The translations under genes and the position numbers were made by a program. Shown piece after piece: positions 1-10,728 of a DNA stretch of 64,000 nt (the first letter of the stretch is position 1; every line of letters starts with the position of its first letter). Under the pieces are notes generated by a model, which searched no databases, was not told the DNA's origin, and saw only the letters and a program-made list of their open reading frames with translations. The DNA is from Ptychomitrium polyphyllum (taxonomy: Eukaryota). The DNA lies in NCBI GenBank assembly GCA_973851085.1, contig OZ316775.1, forward strand, positions 20,212,001 to 20,276,000, read 5' to 3'.

Positions 1-1322
1 ACAAATAAGTAAGAAGCAGCAGACGCTATAGGAGAGGTAATGTGGCCTAAAGAGGCAATCGGACTCAACAAAGCTGCTTTAGACACAAGATTTACTGTGG
101 GTCCTTCGGAGAAAGTTGCTAGTGCCGTCATAGTTCCCTGAAAATCACACAAATGTTTATCATTGTAACTACCATAAAATTCCACCATTACTTGGAATAG
201 AAATCACTCCCATTCAAACTTGGTAAAATCAACAGCACTTCGTTTGTTCTACAGTATAAGCAAATTTCCCAAAACGCGGTCAACATGAGACGAACATATC
301 ATTTTAACATCATATTCTAGGCACTGAAAACATGCCTGAGAATAACCAACGTAAAAGATTTTTTGTTTGGAGCTGTCATAAACATGCTGTAGCATTGTAG
401 GCAAGTCTGTTTTCACAAGATCGTCCCACGTCCAATCCCAAAATTTCTGTAGAACCAAGGTCAACAATAATTCAATCAGTAACAGTTCTTCGAAATGCTA
501 CAAAAATTATTGAACTTTAAATTAAACTGGAGCATTGATACCCACCTTGTCCTTTCTGGTGTATTCGAGGTGGCCATGAGTATAATTGGAGGATCGAGTG
601 TTTCCAATCCATACTTCATACCCAGAGTTTGCCATCATGAGCGGCAAAGACCCATCACTTGGATTTAGCAACCATGTTTCTCCTCCCTTTAACCGTGTCC
701 ACATTCATAAACTCAGTGCATAATCAATATTCATACAATTCAATATGTACAACTCTGGTGGTCATATCATGAAAATACTTTAAACTACAATCTTGAATAT
801 CTCTTAATGCTTACTATAGTTTATGTACTGCTTAGTGTATGTAAACCATAGTATATTAATAACAAATTAGTAAACGCCCTTGGTATCTTTCTCCTGAGTA
901 CCTCCATTATGCCGTGATAGAGGAAAGCAGGACCCTTGGCTACAGTAAGAGGATTACTGGTTGAAATTCTTTGGATAGCAAGTAAGAACCCATCTTGAGT
1001 TTGGACCTGAAAAATTGACCAAAATCAATTCTTAAAAACATCCGACATATGAAAAAGCTTGTGAAGAACAGGAAACAACCAACTTTGAATAAGGAAACCA
1101 TAGTTCAATAGATATTAAATTGCAAAGGCATATTCATTTTACCACTTCTTCAGTGCACTTGTAATTAGTCGAGCTAACAAAAGTCTGACAAAACCCTGTG
1201 CTTTGTAACGGCGAAGGCAATTGAGCCCGTACTCCTGCATCTTGCAACATGAAGAGCAAGAAACAAGATACCACTCCCAGAACTTCCATTGTTACAACCT
1301 GCTTCAGCTTTCTGTTCTTCAT
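1..1322 (-). CDS. Triacylglycerol lipase, LIP1/gastric-lipase (AB hydrolase) family; 3' end lies outside the window. Exons 1322-1143, 1006-902, 686-546, 446-336, 137-<1
   Basis: Spliced translation gives a signal-peptide-like N-terminus, VQTQDGFLLAIQRI, FLYHGI, GYEVWIGNTRS, FWDWTWDDLVKTDLP and nucleophile elbow GYSQG followed by AALLSPIA. Three GT-AG introns and one GC-AG intron. Confidence 0.9.
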
Positions 1323-4300
1323 GGCATGTCAGAAGACCAGAGAGAACAGTAAAGTACATCAGACTGAGAATTGTCAAGACTTAATTAATCTTTAGGTCTC
1401 CTTTTCTGAGACAGCCTTGACTTCATGACTATTACGTATCATAACTTCGAACTACTATCTGGTGTACGACGTTGTCAATTGAATGTCTAGATTTTGCAAA
1501 TTAGAGCTGATCAGTAATGTGCAAGATATTTATTCAACTTAGCTGGTTACAGTTTTTGAAACGGAGTGTTCAAGAAAAAGTGCTTACGTTAAGGTTAAGC
1601 ATACAAGTAAGCGGGAGAGACTAATTGAGTAATAGTTATATACCAACTTAATGTCATTCAGGACATGCGCAATAATTTCAATGAGGTCCCTTACGCTGGG
1701 TCCGTGCTCATATCCGTGGTTTCAGAAGAAGCAACACCTCGCAGCTCACTTCAACGTCCCTGCGCACAAATATTTGCCACAAGTATTGAGAGAACTACCA
1801 ACGACTTGCATCAAAATTGTAATGGAGAGGAAGGAGAACGCTGCCACTTTAGAGAAATATCGTAAACCGTTCTAACTCCTGAGTCTCTCACAACTAGAGG
1901 AGAAATGTAATTTAGGGTAATTAAGGATCAAAGAGCGACTGCCCTTGAATATCATATATGCCAGCCACACCTGTTGGTGCAGTTGTCTTGTTCTAGACAG
2001 AATATGGTTTATAGATGCAAGGTGCAATGTACTTGCTCTTGCAGAAAAATGGGGAGATATTTAATTCGAAACTCAAACTCTGCTCCATTTCTCTTCGTGA
2101 TCATTGTACCTTAAAAGATTGCTTCATGCCTTATCTTAGGCGACGTGTAACAATACCATAGCTACCTCCAAGCCCTCCTAACATATCCAAGGCAATTACA
2201 GTCTGCATTGCCTTCAGCTGAGGATTATATAACAAATCAAGTAAAGTTCCAGAACATTTGATCTACTTCACAGACCCCAAAAATTGTAAAGACGCAAGAG
2301 GTACCGTGCATTAGCCAGCTTCAGAATTTTCGATCGACTCCAGGCTGCTACTCCGAAAGCAGAAGGAACAAAAACAGGTAACCTCAACGCAATGCAGCAC
2401 TGCACCTCAGCCTCAACCTGGAGAACCAACCATTCAAAATATTGTCAGTGCCGTGAAGTTGTAAGTGATGTCAAAGATGTACGCAGTGTACCCAATTTAG
2501 ATTGCTTCTCAGTCAATGATGCAATGCCAGATGTTGTTTCTGAGTGCTCAACAATGAGAACACACTATTGCATCTAGTGTCAAGCACGAAACAAACGATG
2601 CAATAATCAACAGGGCAATTCGATACTTGTTCTGTAAGGTGATCCCACAGCTGAAACCAAAACAGAAGCAGTGGATGTCTTTTTAGATGGAGATTTACAA
2701 CAGCGAGGTGAAGCAACAGAAACAGAACTATATCTGTATCTGCAAAAACCGAAACCTTATAGCATCAATAACAAATGAGTTAGCTCTGGTCGGTGGTGTA
2801 TTATGTAAGGTTTGTAAGCTGGAGGTGAAGAGGCTGGAACTTTGGAAGGCGAAGTCGCAGGGGAGGACACGGAGTGGGTGTCAGATGGGGATTTGCCACC
2901 CACTGGCCAACTGCGGCGGCATTGATGGGATGAGCAATTCCTGAGCCGAGGCTTGCTGTACTAAATACACTTAATCTTAACTTAGGGGACGCTGATGAGC
3001 TGAATCTTGGTCATACAGCTTGTGCAGGAGATCATTACAGCGGTCCAGTGCTGTGCTTCCAGCATAAACCTCAAGTGTGTGAAAGTTGTACAAAATTACA
3101 AATGCATGTCTTTATTTTACCGTATTTAGGGACAAATGCATGATATGGTTAATACAGGTACCAGCATTGAACTAATTAAGCCAGCGTCTTAACCATATAA
3201 CCGGCCAATAACCACGCAATAGATATCACTTTTCATGGTCGTGTGGCTGCTGTATTTTATACACTATATTACTATTTTAGAATTCTAAATGCCGTCTATG
3301 TTCCATGGTTTTTTCAAAAAATTATTGGTTAGAATATGAAACTGTTATAATTTTCAGAAGTAAAACTAGCAAAAATAATTCATACAAATTAGAAAATATG
3401 TTTATAAATTATGAAAAAAGTTATAAAGGTGACTCTTACAACGAAAAACCGATCTTGTATACCATGCTCAAATACTGTGGTTTAATTTTGAATTATGATG
3501 AAAGAATATAAAACTATGGAAATTAATGTAGGAATTATACTCCTTCAACTTGTAATTGCTACAAAATCACTTAGAAATTTAGAAATAAGCCAAAATTTCA
3601 AATTGACCTAGAAACTAGATTTGGTAAGGTACATGTAGTTGGGTGAGCGCAATTTAATGCAAAAGAAACTATCCTAAAACTCAAAAATAGTAAAAGATTT
3701 GAATGTTTTGAATACACTATGTAATATTAACATTTTTGGCTGTATTGAACCAACAATAATCATAGGCATAAATTTTTGACAAGTTTTAGTGCTAGTTGAT
3801 ATTTTCATCACCAATATTCAACCAAAGAAAAGGATGAAAAATGATTAAATGGATGAGAATTATGCACGATGAAAGGAAATATGGTTGCTCAGTGTTTAAG
3901 GATTTCGTTTGTTTCATTTTCAGTAAGTGAATTTTTAATAGCACGAGTTTTTCATAGCATAAGTTTCAGGCTATGGCAGTCACTGATAGTGCAGTAATTA
4001 AGAAAGCGAATGATTTGTTTTTTAACCCTGTAAGAAAACTGAAAATTGATGGTGCTGGAAGAAGTTGGTGGAATCGAGGTTGCACATTGTTCACACAAGT
4101 TGGTAACTTCATGTACATCTTGTTCACCTCAGTAGCTAGGTAAGTTATGTCAGATATGAGATGTGGAGTGTGGCATTGTGAGGTAGGAAGTGTGGAAGAA
4201 TCGAGATCTGTGTGTGTTAGGTGTGGGGTGTGAAAAGAACTGGCATGTTGACTGTGATCACTCTTGACCAACTAAAGTTGACACCCAAAGTACATACCTA

Positions 4301-4703
4301 GCTGTAAAAGTATGGAGTCTCTGTGTGTGAGTTAGTACCCAGAGCCCACCCACCTAAGACCAATTAGAAGTAGATGGATAATTTGATATGTTGTAAGCGG
4401 ACGCTAAAAGTTGTGAACAATTCAAAATGAGAAGCCCTTTTGAACAGCGTACCAGCACTCATGATTCCCTGAGTCCTGCCTCAGTGACAGTCACAGACTG
4501 AGACAAGTTGACAATATCGCCATGCAGCGTTCAGATTGTGCTTTCTTGTAGTAAGGTGAGCGACCTATGAATGAACAGAGTAAGTTGTGGCTTCACTCTT
4601 TATCACAAAATTCTTCATCCTGGATACTGGTCGCACCTTAAATAGAAAGATACTCTAAGAATATACATGGAATATGTATATTCATGATATTCACAGTTAT
4701 TAC

Positions 4704-4706
<3 letters not shown>

Positions 4707-4734
<28 letters not shown>
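4707..4734. repeat. (TA)n microsatellite
   Basis: About 14 TA units read directly. Confidence 0.95.
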
Positions 4735-4736
<2 letters not shown>

Positions 4737-6428
4737 CCGGACTGTGCAATGCCTGGTTGATACTAGGGAGATATCTTGTAATAAGTGTGAATATCCACTC
4801 GCTAGTTAAGTGATCCATGGATTGTATTCGGATTTTGGTAAAATAAATCCGTGTTCATGGGAAAAAGGACCACCAATCCTGTGTTGACATAGTATAGTAC
4901 CATGTTCTAATGTAACTTTAATGAACTAGCCTAATCATAGAATCGAATTTTACTTTCATAACTGAGATAATTCACGATTAAAATAATTAGCCGTAATGAA
5001 TGAAAAAAATAAGATAAAATAAAATAATATTTTGACTAAATGAAAGTATAGGTCACTTTGAAGTCGTATGATTTACAAGAAATAATACAAATATATGAAT
5101 AAAATTTTGTGATATTTTTTATGGTCACAAAAATCTATATTTTGTTTCCTTTAATTGTGTATGGTTGCAATTTATTAATTTTAGAAATTTTTAGGATGAA
5201 ACTTGACAAGATAAATGAGTATGGTATAATACAAAACCACAATTGAAACAATGTATGTCATAGATATAAAAAGTTACCAAATATTTCATCAATAGCTAGG
5301 ATTTTTCTAATAAAAGAAGGTACAAATATTAATAGGTAAGCTGAACCTAGCTTGAATCTAACAATTGTGTTCTTGGGTCTAATATCAAAGTGATATTTTA
5401 CAATATCTGAGGATGAAGCCCTTGATGTTATTGATGTTGTTGCGAGGTACAACCTTGCTCAACTGGAAACATTCAAGTAGACTAATAGAAAATATATCTG
5501 CAATTTCGGTAATGCCAAATTCAGTGTTCTCATTTTTTATAAATTTGATTTTTTTTGCTATACAGAATCATGAATAAAGCCCTAAGGAGAGTTTTGAGGC
5601 AAGCATTACAACACTCAGTTGTTTTGTTGTCTAAACAATTCATGCAGCTTAAGATAGACTCAGATAATTTTCAGAACATCTCATGGTAATCTGCTGTTTC
5701 GAATTTTAAGACTCCCTGTATCAAACGTACTCACGATATGAAGACAAACAACTGCTGAATATATTTATGCTGTCAAATTGCGATATGATAAAACCTTAAA
5801 CTTTTGATTCACTGTTGCTGTTGAAATCCAAGTTTCACCACGATTGATTGTTTCGTTCCCAACAAATTCAACTCTTCGAGACACTCTGAAATTTTCATAT
5901 CAGAATAGGATTGTACTCAAAGATATACTACGCAACTTGAACTTACAACTATGTAAGCCTGTACCAGCATTAGTAAACACCCAAAAGGGAATCCAAATTC
6001 GCAAGAACTTTCGTTAACCATCCAAGAAAAACGTCTCTGACAGAGCAAAGTCGGTGGATTACTGTCAATTCATGTCCGATCCCTTGCTGAAATTTTAAGC
6101 TGCGAGGGATATGTTTTTTCCCATTGACACAAACGAAGGTCTCCCTTGAATGCTTTACATCTGTGTTGGTTGGGTCATCTGCTGTTCCCCAGAAAACTTC
6201 AGGGCTCGCTAGAAAACTGCGCTCTCGCTATTACATGGGTAACATTCAGCAGAATGATGAAATCATTTGAAGAGTTGGATTCAATTGTTTAAGCATAGTC
6301 CATCACTTCAATTCAATTCCTTCGGACACTACCCCTAGCTCCTAATCTCATCAACGCTTAACTGAACTTACAACTGCATCAATGCAGCCACAATATTCTG
6401 CACTCACACAATCAATACATATTAACAT

Positions 6429-7373
6429 CTAAACAGGCGGTACAGTTTTCTCCATGCTTTCAGCCTGCGCAAGCTTTAACTCTGTAGCATCGCGCTCGGC
6501 GTCTCGCCTCCACTTCATCCTCAAAACGATCAAGGCAATTAGAACAAACACCCAGTACATGATGTAAGATACCAGAGTACCCACTGTTGCCTCATCACGC
6601 CAGCCCACAATCGCGTTCAGAATCTTCCAAATGCCATCCTTCTTGTGGTGGCAGCAATGCAACTTCCACAGAATGGCCTCGTTCTCGGTGTACTCCTCAA
6701 ATTCATGAACCGCGCCAGCGAACAGCCCAGCTGCGATCAGAAACAACAGTGCTGTGGAGCCCAATAGAAACCACTTGAACCCGACTTGGCTGCAGCCCTT
6801 GTAGAGCAGATAACCGGCGAAGATGCCACAAAGAGCACCAACAACGGCTGGGATTGGAATTGCGGTGCCGGAGCCTTCTAGACCAATCCCACCGAGAAAC
6901 ACAATCGCCTCAACACCTTCCCGAAGCACAATGCTCAAAGGCAACAGAAAAAGAGCGTATTTGCTGCGCTTGCTCTGCACCTCCCCTTGTTTGTTTAGTG
7001 TTTCCACAGTGACCTTAGAGAGCTTCTTCTCCCACTTAGACCTCCATGTGTCAACACGGATCATGGAGAATCCCATGATGGTAATGAGCACAACAGCAAT
7101 GAGCGAAAGAATACCCTCCCAAAGAGCCTCGCTGCTCTCCCATGCCTCCTTGGCAACGGTGTAGTACAAGGAGATGAATATCGCAGCTATCAACAGGGAC
7201 AGGAGCACTCCAGTCACAACCCCGAACCACACATGCTTCTTCATACGCCGGCGTAACTTAGTGTCCGCAACAATCTGATCAATCAACACCAACATGACAG
7301 ACAGAATGATGGCCGCCTCCAGGGTCTCCCTGAACAAAATGAAAAACGCCGGAACGCTGAAAACTTCCACCAT
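6429..7373 (-). CDS. FTR1: High-affinity iron permease, FTR1 family (fungal type); CDS has no introns
   Basis: 314-aa ORF with about 7 hydrophobic segments and two RExxE iron-permeation motifs (FRETLE, LREGVE). C-terminal W..HCC...GIWKILNAIVGW...ATVG...SY..YW block resembles fungal Ftr1. Confidence 0.93.
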   Translation of the reverse strand: MVEVFSVPAFFILFRETLEAAIILSVMLVLIDQIVADTKLRRRMKKHVWFGVVTGVLLSLLIAAIFISLYYTVAKEAWESSEALWEGILSLIAVVLITIMGFSMIRVDTWRSKWEKKLSKVTVETLNKQGEVQSKRSKYALFLLPLSIVLREGVEAIVFLGGIGLEGSGTAIPIPAVVGALCGIFAGYLLYKGCSQVGFKWFLLGSTALLFLIAAGLFAGAVHEFEEYTENEAILWKLHCCHHKKDGIWKILNAIVGWRDEATVGTLVSYIMYWVFVLIALIVLRMKWRRDAERDATELKLAQAESMEKTVPPV

Positions 7374-10054
7374 TCTGCCGACCTGAGTTGATCAAACAGT
7401 CTCTGGATTGGCAAACCAAATTGCAGTCTAAATTCAACGATCAATTCTCACTGCGTCAAGTCCGCGAAGGTGCTCATGCATGAGCAGGTACAAGACGACT
7501 GCACCAGGCGGCACTTCCCGTACGCAAAAGCACTGATTTAAGTACAATAGTACAATTGAGCACCGGACAACTCGTCGTTATAATTCAGGTCGTATCGAAT
7601 TGGTTTATAGTGATTCGGAGGTGGAATAAGAGAGAAGCTCCAGAGGTGCTTCTAGAATGAAGATAAGGCTTAAGCAAGTTGCTTTCTAGAACTCTACAGC
7701 TTCCGGAATCGGGAGTTTGGGCCCCGCCACGGTTCTGACAAGGTACTGGGCGAATGGGAGAGAGGAGGGAGTGAGAAAAGTGTGTCTCGGCGTCTATTAA
7801 AAGGGAAGTATGTGTTCACGCGATGAGCTAGTGAGGAAGTGAATGGGGGGCACGCATGGGGATGAGCAGGGCGTGTGCTAACTGCTTGCCCGACACAACG
7901 TTGCTGCCTCTGTCCCTTCGGCAGTTGTGTCTGCCCCTTGACGAGGCGTGAAGTTGTTTCATTCTTTCAGTACAAGGTTTTAAGATATTAGGATTTTTCA
8001 GTTATTGTCATTCATTGTCGTGGTATCTCTGTTCATTATCTGGAATCTTAGCTTATTGTACAAGAGTATGGTGACCATCCAATGGAATTTGTGAAAGCTC
8101 TGCGCAGGCTCTGTGAACCTCTGTGAACTTTCGTTCAGGTTATCTGTTACGCCTTGCATCATTTACGACGGTAATCATCTAATTTCGACCGGTGTTTCAA
8201 CTCAATTTAGAAGCCAGTATTGACGTGGATCGCTTCTCCACCTCCGAAGCACAAACTGCAATCCTCTACACCACGAGTAATTCGCACTCAACATTATATA
8301 GCTATGATCACAAAAGTCCACATATCCTTCCTACGATTACCGCATCTGGGATTTTCCTAAATTTCTACGCATACGAGCTTAATCCTCTAACTCAGACATA
8401 ACCGAGATTTTCTTCCAAAATTTGAATTTCCACAGTTATTCAATTTAGCAATCAGCAAAAGTTGGTACGGTAACTGCTGAATAGTGATATCCAAATGCGT
8501 GACATGCTCCTATCCGATACAACTGTGGTCCTTGAGTGATGGATTGACCGTATGGTGCTCGTTTGGATTCCGTGGTACTTCCGCACATCGAGAAAAGGTG
8601 GGAGGAATCATCGGCAACTTTGATCGATCGGTGACGCGGGACGCTCCATTACCGCGAGATGGTCAAGTGACTCTATTCAAGATCTATAGATTGGCCTTTC
8701 CAGCCTGCTTCCTCCTGGTCAACTCGAACTTGGTAACTTGCAACTTACTATAGTAAAGCAGCGTCAAGTTCGGTTCTCATGAATAACCGACTCTGGTGTT
8801 ACCATTCACAAGAAAAAGAAATGCAACCCAGAAATCCATAAGATACAATAATCTTTTAAAATAGGGCTCTAAACCTCATCCAACAGGAAAGAGCGCCTGC
8901 AAGGGTTCTGTTCCAAGCAAACTGCTGCTTGTGCATGAAGCTCGTCCTAGCTGTTGACTCTAATTACGGATACCTTCCGGAACTCAGAGTTTGTAAACGA
9001 ATATCTCGTACATCGGACAGGACTTCAGCTAAGCCTGACATGGTAACATATTGTTTTCAGAACAAAATTTTGAGGCTAACTGGTACGCTCGCAAATACAG
9101 AAAAAAACAACACAATACTCAAAATTTAGAAACACAACGAAGGAAATATGAATGTGCAATTTCAACGCTATATGTCTCCTTTGGCAACAACTCGATAATT
9201 GCCAGAGAAACAGAGAGTTATCAGCAATTGGACCTTCAGAACCCATTACAACCCATCGCAATAAATGACCTACCCCCATGTCAAGGCATAAAATCAATAT
9301 AATCTCAAAGATTTCATTCAAAAGTACTATTCCACTGGTCTTAACGGCCAGGAATTTGATTGATAAGATACGCTCAAAATACAACAACAAAATGTATACA
9401 ACATGCGGAATAACTGAGAATTCGTAGTTATTGCGAATTTCTAGACACAAATGCTCTAGATGCACCCACTGAACACGAGGTACAATATGTCATATTTTCA
9501 GACACAAACCTCAAAATTTATCATATTTTAAGGTATCTAATTACAAACTCTAGCTTCCCAAACAGGAATAGTGATGCTTCCTAATGGAATGTCTTTCAAT
9601 ATGATTACTGTTCAAACCAAATAAACCGGTACTATTATAAGAATAATATTACAAGTTTTGTAGGATCCTCTCTGACAGCCAAACTAACAAAAAAACAATC
9701 ATGCCATAGTTCGACTTCAAATCCAGCCCAAACTGGCTCCAAGTCCACGTATGTGACACTGTGAGATCTTACTGTTACATAGTCCCCACAACATAAAACT
9801 ACCTGATATTCTGAATCTAGCTTCCCAAACAGGAACACCTTCAGCTTCCACTTGGGTAATTCTTTCTCACGAAACCTCTAGATTCCGAAGTCCATGGTTG
9901 TACGCCAGCACATCCTGTGGTTGTGCTTCCACCTCTGTTCTACAGCGCATGCTGCAAGCTCGTCTCTCCGGTCCCAGCAAGGCGGACTCATCGACCAGAT
10001 GTTTTGATACGATGCTGTACTGAGCGGCCTCTGAGTGGTCTGCCGTCCCCCGAC

Positions 10055-10471
10055 TCAACACGATATACAATCTCCGTCGGTGAAACAAACTCTGTAAAAA
10101 TTTGGCTCTGTTGGGACTTCGCTGCAGTCTTTACCAGTTCCATTTCCATCCGGATCTCCGTCCGAACCTCCGTTCGAACCGGGCTTCGGAAACGGGAACG
10201 GGAACGGAAAAGGAAATGGATGGTGCCGTCGAATTGCATGACGATGAGGTTCGAAGCGAAACACTTGCTGTGTCACTTCGGGTCCTCCCTCGGTTATATT
10301 CTGGGGGTTTTCAAAATACAATGTGAATTCTGCAACTTCATTCGCCGCTTGGTGTGTAGGCCCATCTAAGAGTTTACGGTTTGCCGAGACCGCTTGCCAA
10401 TTGACCAAGAGCGCAATGATGCAGAGGATTGCAAGTGAGCGTGACAACTTTGATAACCAGCCCAGGCTTGC
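10055..10471 (-). CDS. Putative secreted Pro-rich, C-terminally Cys-rich protein, copy 1 (ORF could start at 10507)
   Basis: MASLGW...AVSA signal peptide, RKLL motif, (PF)5, Gly/Asp linker and C-x12-C-x5-C-x2-C end; TATA-like TATATAT upstream. Confidence 0.7.
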   Translation of the reverse strand, partial: ASLGWLSKLSRSLAILCIIALLVNWQAVSANRKLLDGPTHQAANEVAEFTLYFENPQNITEGGPEVTQQVFRFEPHRHAIRRHHPFPFPFPFPFPKPGSNGGSDGDPDGNGTGKDCSEVPTEPNFYRVCFTDGDCISC

Positions 10472-10607
10472 CATTGTGGGAGTTAGATGAGCGTGATTGG
10501 CTTGCATGCAGTAGAAGTAAGCGGAAGAAAAAATAGTGTGAGGGTTGAAAATGAATCACAACATAAGAGTTGTGTATGAGTGGCATGATGCATATATAGG
10601 GATGAAG

Positions 10608-10728
10608 AGAAAAGGAAAAGGAGCAAAGTAAAAGAAGCAAAATGAAAGGAGCAAAGTAAAAGAAGCAAAATGAAAGGAGCAAAGTAAATGGAGCGAAGTA
10701 AAAGGAGCAAAGTGAAAGGAGCAAAGGG
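10608..10728. repeat. Degenerate ~14-bp purine-rich tandem repeat upstream of peptide gene copy 1
   Basis: Units such as GGAGCAAAGTAAAA and GAAGCAAAATGAAA, about 8 copies. Confidence 0.85.
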
